In this document: positions 1-11,475 of the stretch, piece by piece
How the letters are laid out: each line of letters begins with the position of its first letter
Numbering within the stretch: position 1 is the first letter of the stretch
NCBI GenBank assembly: GCA_049323895.1
Contig: JBMOKT010000021.1
Location: forward strand, 193,219-257,218
Origin: Bacillota bacterium
GTDB taxonomy: Bacteria > Bacillota > Peptococcia > Peptococcales > BICA1-8
Direction: 5' to 3'
Length of the DNA: 64,000 nucleotides
Position numbers and translations under genes: made by a program
Notes under the pieces: model-generated
Databases searched by the model: none
What the model saw: the letters and a program-made list of their open reading frames with translations, nothing else
Told to the model about the DNA's origin: nothing

Positions 1-86
1 TTTGTGCGTACATTATTTCACTCTTTCACTTTTACACTAATCTAATTTTTTTCTGTAGCCACTGTAGGTACTGTAGCTACTGACAA
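1..86. repeat. short-period tandem repeat (family A): TTCACTC/TTTCACT/TTTACAC heptads, then CTGTAGCCA CTGTAGGTA CTGTAGCTA 9-mers
   Basis: Read directly. The 9-mer CTGTAGNNA occurs three times at 54-80, and related copies occur at 5650-5668 and 29340-29360. Confidence 0.8.
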
Positions 87-87
87 A

Positions 88-672
88 TTAATTTTTGAAG
101 ATAATCTCCCCGTCTTTAAAGTCTTCGATAATTGCCAGAGATTCAATTTGTACCTGCGCCTTGCTTAGAATGAGCTCCCTGCCTCTTTGAAATCCTTTTT
201 CTATAACGATTCCAATACCGCTTAATTCTGCACCTGATTGTTTTACGATATCTATCAGCCCTGCTGCGGCATTTCCTAAAGCTAAAAAGTCATCAATAAT
301 TAATACTTTATCATGTCCGTTAAGAAACCTTTTATCGACCCGGATTTTCCACAGCTTGTCCTTTGTAAAGGAATAAACTTCACTCTCATAAACCTCATTT
401 GTTAAGTTGGATGCCTCCTGTTTTTTGGCAAAAAGGACAGGCACATTAAAATACTGAGCGGTAATACAAGCCACTGCAATACCCGAAGTTTCAATAGTAA
501 GAATTTTTGTGATATCCTTGTTTGAAAACCTTCTTTTAAATTCCTTGCCCATTTCATTAAACAGGTCCACATCCAGCTGATGATTAAGAAAATTATCGAC
601 TTTAATTATCCTGTTATCTATAACTTTTCCATCCTGTTTTATCCTATCTTTAAGTAATTTCAGCCCAGCCAT
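88..672 (-). CDS. xpt: xanthine phosphoribosyltransferase
   Basis: Tracked ORF 88..975 trimmed to the ATG at 672 (MAGLKLLKDRIKQDGKVI...). It is collinear with Firmicute Xpt as I remember it (KVDNFLNHQ, TIETSGI, PRPP loop VLIIDDFLALGNAA, GIGIVIEK). The 101 extra N-terminal codons of the tracked ORF run through intergenic repeats. Confidence 0.85.
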   Translation of the reverse strand: MAGLKLLKDRIKQDGKVIDNRIIKVDNFLNHQLDVDLFNEMGKEFKRRFSNKDITKILTIETSGIAVACITAQYFNVPVLFAKKQEASNLTNEVYESEVYSFTKDKLWKIRVDKRFLNGHDKVLIIDDFLALGNAAAGLIDIVKQSGAELSGIGIVIEKGFQRGRELILSKAQVQIESLAIIEDFKDGEIIFKN

Positions 673-680
673 CCCCTTTA

Positions 681-795
681 GTTTTTTAGAAAACACGGCT
701 TGCACCGAGCCTTTGGCGACTGCGGAAGCCGATGTTGCTCTTATACTTATTACCTTGTAAAAGTTATACTTTCTAAATAAGTATAAATAAAAAAC
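681..795 (-). repeat. family-C ~100-nt structured intergenic element, copy 1
   Basis: The minus strand reads ATACTTATTTAGAAAGTATAACTTTTACAAGGTAATAAGTATAAGAGCAACATCGGCTTCCGCAGTCGCCAAAGGCTCGGTGCAAGCCGTGTTTTCTAAAA. This is about 85-90 percent identical to the copies at 19144-19246, 19247-19344 and 39507-39576. Confidence 0.85.
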
Positions 796-1020
796 TCCCT
801 GGATTAACAAATCCGGGGAGTTTATATTAAGAGCGCAAAAAAATAAAATGCTTAATACAAACAACCCGTAGTCAGGCAATTTACGGCTGCCTGGTAGAAA
901 CATTTGGACCATATCTCCAAATATATACAAGTCGCTTTTCCGAACATTATTTAGTTTTTCCATCATAATGTTCACTATTTGACAATATATTACCTTATTT
1001 TTAATAAAAATACAATATCA

Positions 1021-1052
1021 AAAAAGAAAAAACTGACTATTCTCAGTCAGTT
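1021..1052 (-). terminator. rho-independent terminator after the GGDEF gene
   Basis: The minus strand has stem AACTGACT / AGTCAGTT followed by TTTTCTTTTT, overlapping the stop codon. Confidence 0.7.
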
Positions 1053-1797
1053 ATATTGGATGATAATTATAACAATTTACCACTAACTCATTTTTCCCTT
1101 TTTCCTTAGCCTGATACATTGCATCATCAGCCCTGTCAATGGCTTCTTCCAGCATTCCACAATCTTCACCAAAAAAAGATAATCCGATAGATACAGTTAC
1201 TTTAGCAGAAGTATTAAAATGAGTGTTTTCTATTAAATTCTTTAAACGCAGGCAAGCATTTTCTCCAATTTCCGGTTTTGTGTTATGAAAAAAAATTACT
1301 AACTCTTCACCACCATACCGGTATGCCTTATCAGTACTTCGGATATTATGTATAATAATATCAGCTATTTTCCTTAGTATCTCATCTCCACGCAGGTGAC
1401 CATATTCATTATTGATTTTGCCAAAGTTGTCAATATCAATAAATGCTACAGTCAGAGGTTCTCTAAATTTACATTTATTTATTTCTGAGATGGCTAAATT
1501 AAAGGAATGACGGTTCAGTAATCCTGTTAGAGGATCTACCTGGGAAGCCCTTTCCAAAAGCTTAGTTCTTTCTTCCTCTTGTTTTAAGTCCTTAAATATT
1601 GAAAGGGTAACAAAATAGTTTATGGTGCCGACAATTACACCTGCAAAAATACAAGAAAGCCAAAATAAGCCCATTATGTTTCGGGGAACATGCATGAACA
1701 AAGATATGTAAAAGGGGAAAAATATACCCATAAGAATGCCCATTCCAACAATTTTTAAAAAAATTATTTTCGATGACTTACCGGCTATTCTATCCAC
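1051..1797 (-). CDS. membrane-anchored diguanylate cyclase (GGDEF domain)
   Basis: Two N-terminal TM helices, then a GGDEF domain: DPLTGLLNR, FIDIDNFGKINNEYGH, RYGGEEL (GGEEL active-site variant), DDAMYQAK. Confidence 0.85.
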   Translation of the reverse strand: MDRIAGKSSKIIFLKIVGMGILMGIFFPFYISLFMHVPRNIMGLFWLSCIFAGVIVGTINYFVTLSIFKDLKQEEERTKLLERASQVDPLTGLLNRHSFNLAISEINKCKFREPLTVAFIDIDNFGKINNEYGHLRGDEILRKIADIIIHNIRSTDKAYRYGGEELVIFFHNTKPEIGENACLRLKNLIENTHFNTSAKVTVSIGLSFFGEDCGMLEEAIDRADDAMYQAKEKGKNELVVNCYNYHPI

Positions 1798-1924
1798 CCC
1801 CCAAATAAAGAAAACAGGACATCAAAAATCCCATTGATGCCCTTTATTGCAGTAATATCTTAGTATTAAATTTGTTTTCAATACCAATTATACAAAATCT
1901 CCTTTTACTGTCAATAAATTTTTT

Positions 1925-2482
1925 TTATTGTTCAGTTGGACACTTAACTGTTTCCTCGGGAATTGGCTGAGTCACTGTATTAGCAGAGGAAGCATTCCCT
2001 CCCGCAGGTACAACAGCTGCAGTCGAAGCCAATTCTTTTAACCAGCCGCCCCATCCGCTTGATAAGGATCTGGTATAATATCCCGAGATATTTAGAAGGG
2101 CCGTTACCTGCCCGCCATTTTGCCCCGTGTAGCAATAAAGAACAACTGGCTTATTCTTTGGTATCTCATTCATCCTATTGCCAACTTCTACGAAAGGAAT
2201 ATTTACTGCCCCCGGAATATGCTCTTTATCATAATCCTCGGCATTTCTTATGTCCAGGATAAAAATATCTTTTTGGGCATCCAGCAAAACCTTAAGTTCA
2301 TCGGCATTTATTCTGTACTGGTCATCAGGCATTCTTTCAAAATACCAGAAGACAGCAGGTTCCAGGGGAGAATCCTGTGCTTTAACCTCTTTGCCCGTAC
2401 CATTTACCAAGGCAATACCCACAAAAATCATTGTAACTAAGCATATCGACAACAGTGCTTTTTCACCATTTGTTTTAAACAT
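1925..2482 (-). CDS. secreted or membrane-anchored rhodanese-domain sulfurtransferase
   Basis: ORF trimmed to the ATG at 2482, which has RBS AAAGGGGA upstream. It has a signal-like hydrophobic N-terminus and a rhodanese core (ILDIRNAEDYDKEHIPGAVNIP, active-site loop CYTGQNGG). Confidence 0.8.
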   Translation of the reverse strand: MFKTNGEKALLSICLVTMIFVGIALVNGTGKEVKAQDSPLEPAVFWYFERMPDDQYRINADELKVLLDAQKDIFILDIRNAEDYDKEHIPGAVNIPFVEVGNRMNEIPKNKPVVLYCYTGQNGGQVTALLNISGYYTRSLSSGWGGWLKELASTAAVVPAGGNASSANTVTQPIPEETVKCPTEQ

Positions 2483-2533
2483 AACAATCCCCTTTCTTAC
2501 CACTATATAATTTCTTAGCCGGAACATAATAAT

Positions 2534-3100
2534 TTAGGATATAGTTTGTTGAATTGAAGAATCCTTTCCAGCCTTTATCTTTATTTCTAGATAATCAGCA
2601 GCATAAACAATAAAACCTATAGCCATACTGTAAAATGCACCTAGGACCAGGGTGTTCAAAGAGATAAAATCAGTCAGCATTAATTCGCCCATTTCAAATG
2701 TATTTAAGTAGACAAACAGATTATTCTGAATAACGGTAAAAGCCAATACGCCCATTATACCCCCAAGGATTACAAAGGCAGCATCCTTCTTCCCTTCGGC
2801 CCAGGCGCCAATGCAAGTACCTGGGCAGTAGCCGGTCACTGCAAAACCAACTCCAAATATTAACCCACCTAGTGTAGTACCTATTAAATTAAATTTAATC
2901 ATGTCCAGAGTAAGCATCCCCATTGCCCGCAGGCTAAAAACACCAATGGTCGAAATGCCAACTGATAAAAACATGAATTTAGCAATGCGCAAATCTATAA
3001 GTCTAAGGGTCTTTAAAATATTTTTGTATTCTAACGCCCCCGCCCTTTGGAGAATAAAGCCGAATAATATTCCAAAAAAAACCGCTAATAAACTATTCAT
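2534..3100 (-). CDS. YeeE/YedE family sulfur-compound transporter, second half-protein
   Basis: Polytopic membrane protein with the CPGTC motif typical of the YeeE/YedE sulfur-transport family. Its start overlaps the upstream gene's stop by 4 nt. Confidence 0.75.
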   Translation of the reverse strand: MNSLLAVFFGILFGFILQRAGALEYKNILKTLRLIDLRIAKFMFLSVGISTIGVFSLRAMGMLTLDMIKFNLIGTTLGGLIFGVGFAVTGYCPGTCIGAWAEGKKDAAFVILGGIMGVLAFTVIQNNLFVYLNTFEMGELMLTDFISLNTLVLGAFYSMAIGFIVYAADYLEIKIKAGKDSSIQQTIS

Positions 3101-3627
3101 CTAGCCGTTCCTCCCTTACCATAAAGAATTAATGCCGTGGGAATTCCAGCTGCAAAGACAGCCATACCAAAGACAATACCACTTACTGCCATTTGGCTCA
3201 TCCCGCTGATAACATGACTGCTGGTACATCCCCCCGCTAAACGAGACCCAAAGAGCAATAAAAAACCTCCTAAAAATGCATGGGTAAATCTAAGATAAGG
3301 TTTATTACCAAAGCGCTCAACCCACATTTGCGGAACTTCTTCCTTTTGAATCTTGACTTTGCTTGTTTTGTTACCAGCAAAAGCCCCAATAAATAAACCC
3401 ATTACAAAAAGCCACTGCCACCCTACGGACAAACTGGCTGTACCGCCGCAGGTCCCCTTGGTCCAAGAACTAATAGGAATCCAATCTGGGAAAAAGAAAT
3501 TAGTTAAATAGCCTGTGGTTTGAGAATAAAAAGTAGTTGTTCCTAAATGATTCCCTGAAAAGAAAATTAGAATATTCAGCATTCCTAAGGCTACACCAGC
3601 TGTAACCCAAGACCATTTGCCATCCAC
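3097..3627 (-). CDS. YeeE/YedE family sulfur-compound transporter, first half-protein
   Basis: Polytopic membrane protein with the GGCTSSHVISG motif of the YeeE/YedE family. Confidence 0.75.
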   Translation of the reverse strand: MDGKWSWVTAGVALGMLNILIFFSGNHLGTTTFYSQTTGYLTNFFFPDWIPISSWTKGTCGGTASLSVGWQWLFVMGLFIGAFAGNKTSKVKIQKEEVPQMWVERFGNKPYLRFTHAFLGGFLLLFGSRLAGGCTSSHVISGMSQMAVSGIVFGMAVFAAGIPTALILYGKGGTAR

Positions 3628-3745
3628 AGTGAGGCCCCCTTATTATATTATCATTATATTATAATTATATGTTATTATTGTTTTTATAATTACGCAATAG
3701 TACTAATTTACTAAAATAAAAAGCTGATTCCTTTATTTGTCGGAA

Positions 3746-3934
3746 TCAGCCCTGTTTATTGATTTCTTTTTGTTTGTAATAGAGACATGTTGTTCCTGAA
3801 GATTGCATTACTACTACCGAAGGAACCTTTGCAGTTTTAAAACCATATGCCTTGCAGCCCCTAGGAAACTTTTTATCCCAGGTTACATAAAAATAACTGC
3901 ATTTTAAACAATTTATATCATCCATACTTGCCAC
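3746..3934 (-). CDS. small Cys-containing hypothetical protein (62 aa)
   Basis: The ORF sits directly downstream of guaA (8-nt gap) and is followed by hairpin GCTGATTCC/GGAATCAGC plus a T-run on the minus strand. I recognise no domain. Confidence 0.5.
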   Translation of the reverse strand: MASMDDINCLKCSYFYVTWDKKFPRGCKAYGFKTAKVPSVVVMQSSGTTCLYYKQKEINKQG

Positions 3935-3942
3935 CTATGTAA

Positions 3943-5487
3943 TTACTCCCACTCAATGGTCCCGGGAGGCTTGGAGGTTATATCATAAACTACCCTATTG
4001 ACATGTTGAACTTCATTTACAATTCTATTAGATATTTTCTCCAGCAATTCATAAGGCAGGCGTGCCCAATCGGCTGTCATAGCATCTTCACTGGTTACCG
4101 CCCTTAGTACGATTGGATATGCATAGGTCCTTTCGTCTCCCATAACCCCTACTGATTTAATGCTAGGTAATACTGCAAAGGATTGCCATATCTTATCATA
4201 TAGCCCTGCCTTTGTAACTTCTTCTAAAATCAGAGAATCTGCTTCCCGTAAAATATCCAGCTTCTCCTGAGTAATGTCACCTATGATTCTAATAGCTAAA
4301 CCAGGACCGGGGAAAGGCTGCCTATTTACAATTACCGGAGGAAGTCCTAGCTCTTTGGCCACATTTCGAACCTCATCCTTGAATAAGTTCCTCAGTGGCT
4401 CAATCAGTTGAAATTTCATATCTTCCGGCAGACCACCCACATTATGGTGGCTTTTAATGGTTGCAGCTGTGGCAGTTCCGCTTTCTATAACATCGGAATA
4501 GAGAGTGCCCTGCACTAAAAACTCACTATCATCAAATTTCTTAGCCTCTTCTTCAAAAACCCTGATAAACTCTTCACCAATACGCTTTCTTTTTTCCTCA
4601 GGATCGGTAATTCCTGCTACCTTTTTCAAAAACCTTTCTTTCACATCTACAAAATCCAGCCTGATGCCAAATTTATCTCCGAAAATTTCCTTTACCTGTT
4701 GGGGTTCATTCTTTCTCATGAAACCATGGTCCACAAAAATACAGGTAAGGTTATCACCAATAGCCTTATGAACCAAAATAGCTGCTACAGAGGAATCAAT
4801 CCCGCCGCTTAAACCGCAAATCACCTTTTTATTTCCAGCCATTTTGCGGATTATCTCTACCTCTTCCTCAATGAAAGAACCCATAGTCCAATCAGCATTA
4901 CATTGGCAGACTTTAAAAAGGAAATTTTCCAAGATAGCCTGCCCGTTGGCAGTATGTTTAACCTCGGGATGAAACTGCACCCCATACAGTTTCTTTTCCA
5001 CATGGGAGAAAGCTGCATATGGTGTATGTTCGGTTTTACCAATGCTTTTGAATCCTTCCGGAACCTCAGTTATGTAGTCTCCGTGGCTCATCCAGCATAA
5101 TTGTTCACAATCCAAACCAGAAAAAAGTTTATCGTCAACATCAACATCCAGGACAGCCTTGCCATATTCTCTTCTTTCAGCCTTTTCCACCTTACCCCCT
5201 AGTGCATAGGTAATTAACTGCATCCCATAGCATATTCCTAAAATAGGAATTCCTAAGTTTAATATTTCAGGGTCACAGTGGGGGGCATTTTCCCCATAAA
5301 CACTGGCCGGACCCCCGGAAAAAACTATTCCCTTGGGGTTAATCTCTTTTATTTTCGCAATAGGGACATTATAGGGAAGCATTTCGGAATAAACTTTTAA
5401 TTCCCTTATCCTTCTGGTTATCAACTGGTTATATTGACCGCCAAAATCCAATACTAAGACGGTATCATGTTTATGCCAATCCAACAT
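3943..5487 (-). CDS. guaA: GMP synthase (glutamine-hydrolysing)
   Basis: Full-length GuaA: GATase domain (GICYGMQ, QFHPE), ATP-PPase SGGIDSS motif, and C-terminal PPGTIEWE. Confidence 0.97.
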   Translation of the reverse strand: MLDWHKHDTVLVLDFGGQYNQLITRRIRELKVYSEMLPYNVPIAKIKEINPKGIVFSGGPASVYGENAPHCDPEILNLGIPILGICYGMQLITYALGGKVEKAERREYGKAVLDVDVDDKLFSGLDCEQLCWMSHGDYITEVPEGFKSIGKTEHTPYAAFSHVEKKLYGVQFHPEVKHTANGQAILENFLFKVCQCNADWTMGSFIEEEVEIIRKMAGNKKVICGLSGGIDSSVAAILVHKAIGDNLTCIFVDHGFMRKNEPQQVKEIFGDKFGIRLDFVDVKERFLKKVAGITDPEEKRKRIGEEFIRVFEEEAKKFDDSEFLVQGTLYSDVIESGTATAATIKSHHNVGGLPEDMKFQLIEPLRNLFKDEVRNVAKELGLPPVIVNRQPFPGPGLAIRIIGDITQEKLDILREADSLILEEVTKAGLYDKIWQSFAVLPSIKSVGVMGDERTYAYPIVLRAVTSEDAMTADWARLPYELLEKISNRIVNEVQHVNRVVYDITSKPPGTIEWE

Positions 5488-5506
5488 TAGTTCCTCCTTA
5501 AGATAG

Positions 5507-5552
5507 TTACTAGTGACTGGTTACTGGTTACTGGTTACTAGTTACTAGTAAG
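5507..5552. repeat. family-A heptamer array (GTTACTG/GTTACTA)
   Basis: The sequence reads GTTACTA GTGACTG GTTACTG GTTACTG GTTACTA GTTACTA GTAAGTG. The sense (minus) strand carries TAG or TAA in most units. Confidence 0.85.
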
Positions 5553-5744
5553 TGTGATAGTAAAAGTACGCGTAATGTTTAGCTTACTTGACGTGCCACG
5601 ATGAATGGTAATTTACCGGGATGTGCTGCCGTGACACCGATAATGAATTCTGTAGCACTGTAGCACCGACATTCTGTATATCAATAGAGCTTCCACACGG
5701 ACTAACAGTATCTACCCATTAGCTTTAGCACAACTAATACCGAT

Positions 5745-6281
5745 TTATGAATACGCCTTGGGGTCAAGAACTGCTATATAAGGCAGGTTTCGGTACTTTT
5801 CGGCATAATCCAATCCATAGCCCACAACAAATTCATCAGGTATAGAGTAGCCTCTATAATCGGGGAAAATATCTACCTTTCTCCGTTCAGGCTTGTCCAA
5901 AAAGGAACAAATCTTGACACTTTTGGGGGACCTGGAAATAATATTATCCATCAGGTATTTTAAAGTAAGTCCAGTGTCAATGATATCCTCTACAATAAGC
6001 ACATCCTTATTTTCTACACTCTCATCCAAATCTTTCAAGATTCGAACTACACCTGAAGACTCAGTAGATGTACCATAGCTAGAGACAACCATGGTATCTA
6101 TACTAAGGGGAAGTTTTATCTCCCTGATTAGGTCTGCCAAAAATATTACTGCACCTTTAAGAATACAAATTACAAAAAGATCTTTGCCTTTATAATCCCT
6201 GGTTATTATATCTCCTAGCTCTTTTACTTTTTCCTTAATTTGTTCCTCAGAAATTAATATTTTGCTTACATACGTTTCCAT
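5745..6281 (-). CDS. hpt: hypoxanthine phosphoribosyltransferase
   Basis: Typical Hpt: PRPP loop VLIVEDIIDTGLTL, DEFVVGYGLDYAEKYRNLPYI. Confidence 0.93.
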   Translation of the reverse strand: METYVSKILISEEQIKEKVKELGDIITRDYKGKDLFVICILKGAVIFLADLIREIKLPLSIDTMVVSSYGTSTESSGVVRILKDLDESVENKDVLIVEDIIDTGLTLKYLMDNIISRSPKSVKICSFLDKPERRKVDIFPDYRGYSIPDEFVVGYGLDYAEKYRNLPYIAVLDPKAYS

Positions 6282-6333
6282 TTGTCCCTCCTAATATATG
6301 GTTACTAACAATAGCGTCCCGTTCAACGGAAAA

Positions 6334-6362
6334 ATTATACCAATGGTAGTATATAATGTCAA
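6334..6362 (-). promoter_or_regulatory. consensus sigma-A promoter upstream of hpt
   Basis: The minus strand reads TTGACA (6362-6357), exactly 17 nt, then TATAAT (6339-6334), about 50 nt upstream of the hpt ATG. Confidence 0.7.
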
Positions 6363-6527
6363 CAATGGCGTCTGGTCGTCTAATCGTTTATTCGTCCAAT
6401 CGTCCGTTTATTAAGTAGTCTGTTATGCCTACTTGTCAAAAAAATAGAGATAGGCTAAAAAACCTATCCCTAAGTTTAAACTAAGAATAACTGGTAATGT
6501 TAAAGACGAAAAGACGAACCTTATGGC

Positions 6528-7355
6528 TTATTGCATGGGCGGATTGATTACGATTTCCTGGTTATAATCTGAAAACTCCACACTCATAATAAGACGCTGG
6601 TTTTCATGTTCTTTATTTACTGCACTGATTTCTGCCTTTTTAAGAATTCCAGAGTTATCTACCCAAACAGTATAGACAAAGTCCTTCCAGAGAACGTGGA
6701 GATATTTATTGTCTGTTTCAGCCATTACTTCATACTTCTTGCATTTCTTATCATTTACTTTCTCTTTGCCAATGTACTCAGCATCGATTGGGCCAGAAAA
6801 TGCAAATGTTCCTAAAGGATTTATTTCCTGTATCAACTTCTCTGTAGCCTCTACATTAATATCTTCCACAACCAGCCAGTCTTTTGAGAAAGCATCTTTA
6901 CGATATAACTTGTCAGCCACTTGATAAATTTCAAAATCCGAGTTTACTACATGAAGTTTGCCGGTAAAATGAACATTCCCGTTGCTTTTTTCCCCCGATA
7001 CTTCACTTAAAATCTCCTCTTTACCATCTACAATTCTCTTGGAGACGGCCTCATAACGATATGATTCTGAGTTTAACGTATTGGTTATTGCCTCTAGAAC
7101 TGCTTCTTGCGGAGGTTGAGAATTGTAAGTGCGGTATACCCCTACCCCTCCCCCTGAAATTACAATAACCAGGGCAAAAATCAATAGCCATTTTAAATTA
7201 AAGCTGGGTCTTTTAAACTTTGAAGCACTAAATTTGGATGTGTTTATTTTTGGTACATCAACTTTGGGTGCCTTAAACTTTGGGAAACTTAATTTGGGCT
7301 TCTTAAATCTTGGAAACTTTAAAAACCAAAAGGAAGCTTTTTTTCTAGGTTCCAT
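6528..7355 (-). CDS. membrane-anchored hypothetical protein with a Lys-rich repeat N-terminus
   Basis: The N-terminus has reiterated KF(P/K)x(K/P)K motifs, followed by one TM helix (WLLIFALVIVISGGGVGVY) and a ~200-aa extracytoplasmic domain. A LolA-like fold is suspected but unverified. Confidence 0.6.
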   Translation of the reverse strand: MEPRKKASFWFLKFPRFKKPKLSFPKFKAPKVDVPKINTSKFSASKFKRPSFNLKWLLIFALVIVISGGGVGVYRTYNSQPPQEAVLEAITNTLNSESYRYEAVSKRIVDGKEEILSEVSGEKSNGNVHFTGKLHVVNSDFEIYQVADKLYRKDAFSKDWLVVEDINVEATEKLIQEINPLGTFAFSGPIDAEYIGKEKVNDKKCKKYEVMAETDNKYLHVLWKDFVYTVWVDNSGILKKAEISAVNKEHENQRLIMSVEFSDYNQEIVINPPMQ

Positions 7356-7487
7356 AAAAATCCCCCCTTTTTTCTACTAATTTTTACTAGACAAAAGGTG
7401 AAATTATACCTTGACTACCTGTCCTAATTAAAAAAAAGTCTGAACTTTTTTTAGTCCAGACTTTTTAAAGGTAAAGGCTAAGAAAAT

Positions 7488-7652
7488 AAAGTGGAAAAGT
7501 GCAAAAGTGAAATAGTGGAAGAGAAAAAAATAAAATTGACTATCGACTCTTGTTTTCCGATGTCACGGCGTCACGATGTCACGCCTTTTACTATCAAACT
7601 ATCACACTGGTTTTTACTAGCCACTAGCCACTAACAACTAGCCACTAATATA
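7488..7652. repeat. family-A drifting heptamer array
   Basis: The 7-bp register is held through AAAGTGG AAAAGTG CAAAAGT ... CGATGTC ACGGCGT CACGATG TCACGCC ... TTACTAG CCACTAG CCACTAA CAACTAG CCACTAA. Confidence 0.8.
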
Positions 7653-7655
7653 CAA

Positions 7656-8861
7656 CTATTTGCTCTGCAAATAATTGTTTATTACTCCGCCTAGTTTTTG
7701 AATGCCTTTTTCAATATCTGCCTTGGAAGCATTAGAGAAATTCAGGCGTATAGTATTTTCTCCACCTCCGGTGGCATAAAAACTGTTACCGGGAATAAAT
7801 GCAACTTTTTCCTTAACTGCCTGCTGTAGCAAATCAGTGGAAGATACACCCTCAGGCAGGCGAGCCCAGATAAACAATCCACCGGCAGGCTTAGTCCAGG
7901 TTACTTCAGCAGGGAAATACTCCTCCATGCACTTCAACATTAAGTCCCTTTTTTCTTTATAGGCCGCGATAATTTTGTTAATATGGGGTTCTAGAAGTCC
8001 CCTCTTACAGAATTCATAGACAATCATCTGAGATAGATTGGAAGTGTGGACATCCGTGGCCTGTTTACCGATTATCATTTTGTTTAAAATCTCTTTGGGA
8101 GCAACTGCATAACCTACCCGCAGACCAGGTGAAATTATCTTAGAAAAAGAACCAAGATAAACACTCTGACCATTTTGATCAAAGGATTTTAAAGCAGGAA
8201 TGCTTTCACCGGTGTAGTTTAGGCTGCCGTATGGGTCATCTTCAACTACGGTAATATTATAGTCCTTAACTAAATTAATTACTTCTTTTCTTCTGGTTTC
8301 ACTCATGGTAAGACCAGTTGGGTTTTGAAAGGTAGGTACTAAATAAAGCAGTTTAGCAGCATCCTGTTCTTTACTGAGGGCTTGCTTCAATGAATCAATA
8401 CTTACTCCTTCACTATCAACTTCAGCAATAGTGAACTGAGCCTCATATGTTTTAAATATTTGCAATGCAGCAAGGTATGTAGGATTTTCAACAATAACCT
8501 TATCTCCCGTATTCAGAAAAGCTTTAGCAGCTAAATCAATTCCCTGCTGGGAGCCGGAAAGAATTAAAACTTCATCAGCAGTGGCTCTAATACCTTTTTC
8601 GCCAAGCCAACCTGCAATAAATTCCCGTAACGGTTGATAGCCTTCACTGGAACTGTACTGTAAAATATTTGTATCCGCCGACCCGATTATCTCAGATATA
8701 ATTTCCTTTACCTCATCCATGGGAAAGGCATCGGAAGAGGGCATACCCCCTCCGAAAGATATCATATCCGGCTGTTGTATCAGCTTGAGAATTTCCCTTA
8801 TTACGTTTCCAGACATGTTTTTCAAACGGTCAGCAAATGGAGCATTAGCCAAAATAAACAC
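7656..8861 (-). CDS. PLP-dependent aminotransferase, class I/II (2-aminoadipate/AspC-like)
   Basis: SFSKIISPGLRVGY (PLP lysine motif), NPTG motif, ~400 aa. Confidence 0.8.
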   Translation of the reverse strand: MFILANAPFADRLKNMSGNVIREILKLIQQPDMISFGGGMPSSDAFPMDEVKEIISEIIGSADTNILQYSSSEGYQPLREFIAGWLGEKGIRATADEVLILSGSQQGIDLAAKAFLNTGDKVIVENPTYLAALQIFKTYEAQFTIAEVDSEGVSIDSLKQALSKEQDAAKLLYLVPTFQNPTGLTMSETRRKEVINLVKDYNITVVEDDPYGSLNYTGESIPALKSFDQNGQSVYLGSFSKIISPGLRVGYAVAPKEILNKMIIGKQATDVHTSNLSQMIVYEFCKRGLLEPHINKIIAAYKEKRDLMLKCMEEYFPAEVTWTKPAGGLFIWARLPEGVSSTDLLQQAVKEKVAFIPGNSFYATGGGENTIRLNFSNASKADIEKGIQKLGGVINNYLQSK

Positions 8862-8947
8862 CTTCCTTTTAAAAATTATTTAATAAAAAATACTATACCA
8901 AGGAAGGGGTAAAGTAGCAAGTAGATTAGTTGAGCGTTACAATAAAT

Positions 8948-9020
8948 AAGTGAAAAAGTGCAGTGACAAGTGCCCTGTGACCAGTGGAAAAAAAGTGAAA
9001 GTGTGAAAGAGTGAAAGAGA
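8948..9020. repeat. family-A heptamer array (AGTG every 7 nt)
   Basis: AAGTGAA AAAGTGC AGTGACA AGTGCCC TGTGACC AGTGGAA AAAAAGT GAAAGTG TGAAAGA GTGAAAG. Confidence 0.8.
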
Positions 9021-9231
9021 ATTTGAAACCACGGATTCCTGCGGACCACACGGATAAACACCGATTATTCACTTAGTTAGGTTAGAGATTTCATGGAACA
9101 AACTGATTTCAACTATAATCTAGCGTCAGCGTAATCTTTAATGTCAATTAATAATCTAGCGAAGCGTAATCTTTTTATACCTTTACCTGTCATGCAGAAT
9201 TACTTGTTAGCTTACCTCTACCTTTGCCTGA

Positions 9232-10915
<1,684 letters not shown>

Positions 10916-10922
10916 TTAATTA

Positions 10923-11216
10923 TTAACCAATTATTGCTAAAATGTCTCTTTCACCTAAAATAAGTACATCTTCGCCGTCAACTTTAATTTCAGTGCCGGC
11001 ATATTTGGAGAAAATAACTTTATCCCCTACATTTACTTCTAATGGAGCTTTTTCACCATTTTCTAAAGTTTTGCCTGACCCTACAGCAACAACCTCACCT
11101 TGCTGGGGTTTTTCTTTGGCAGTATCAGGTAAAACAATACCGCTTTTCGTTTTTTCTTCCTGAGCAATGGCTTTGATTACCACTCTGTCACCTAATGGTT
11201 TAATATTCATAAGCAA
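10923..11216 (-). CDS. groS: co-chaperonin GroES
   Basis: [11 protein letters not shown]...[14 protein letters not shown]. It sits 22 nt upstream of groL. Confidence 0.97.
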   Translation of the reverse strand: MLMNIKPLGDRVVIKAIAQEEKTKSGIVLPDTAKEKPQQGEVVAVGSGKTLENGEKAPLEVNVGDKVIFSKYAGTEIKVDGEDVLILGERDILAIIG

Positions 11217-11246
11217 ACCCTCCTTTATTAGTTAAAAGTTTTATTG

Positions 11247-11273
11247 TTAGCACTCACTCGAGGTGAGTGCTAA
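11247..11273. promoter_or_regulatory. CIRCE operator (HrcA binding site)
   Basis: TTAGCACTC-actcgaggt-GAGTGCTAA is an exact match to the CIRCE consensus TTAGCACTC-N9-GAGTGCTAA. It lies 31 nt upstream of groES. Confidence 0.95.
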
Positions 11274-11475
11274 TATCTAATAATAATATTATTCAAGGTT
11301 GGGATGATAATCAAGTTTTTTTTTAATTTTTTTTTACCCAAAAGTAACTTTTTAGGTAAAATATTAATAGAATTCTCCATTTTTCTCTGCCACATCAAAA
11401 AATATGTCCTTTTTGAAAATCTTTTATTCATTATTAGTACATTTTTTTCCATAATTTATTAAAAGAGGTGTTTTT

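Noticed and set aside
673-800. Purine riboswitch upstream of xpt (also looked upstream of guaA at 5488-5744)
   Set aside because: I could not find the conserved purine-riboswitch core (UAUAAU...GUUUCUACC...CCGUAAA...GACUAUG pattern). The xpt leader is instead a copy of the family-C repeat, which also occurs at gene 3' ends.
673-975. N-terminal extensions of tracked ORFs: xpt 673-975, glmM 34780-34905, acpS 33237-33284, Spo0E-like 18442-18654, rhodanese 2483-2527
   Set aside because: The extensions run through intergenic repeat arrays or AT-rich promoter DNA and lack homology to the respective families. Internal starts with good RBS give canonical N-termini.
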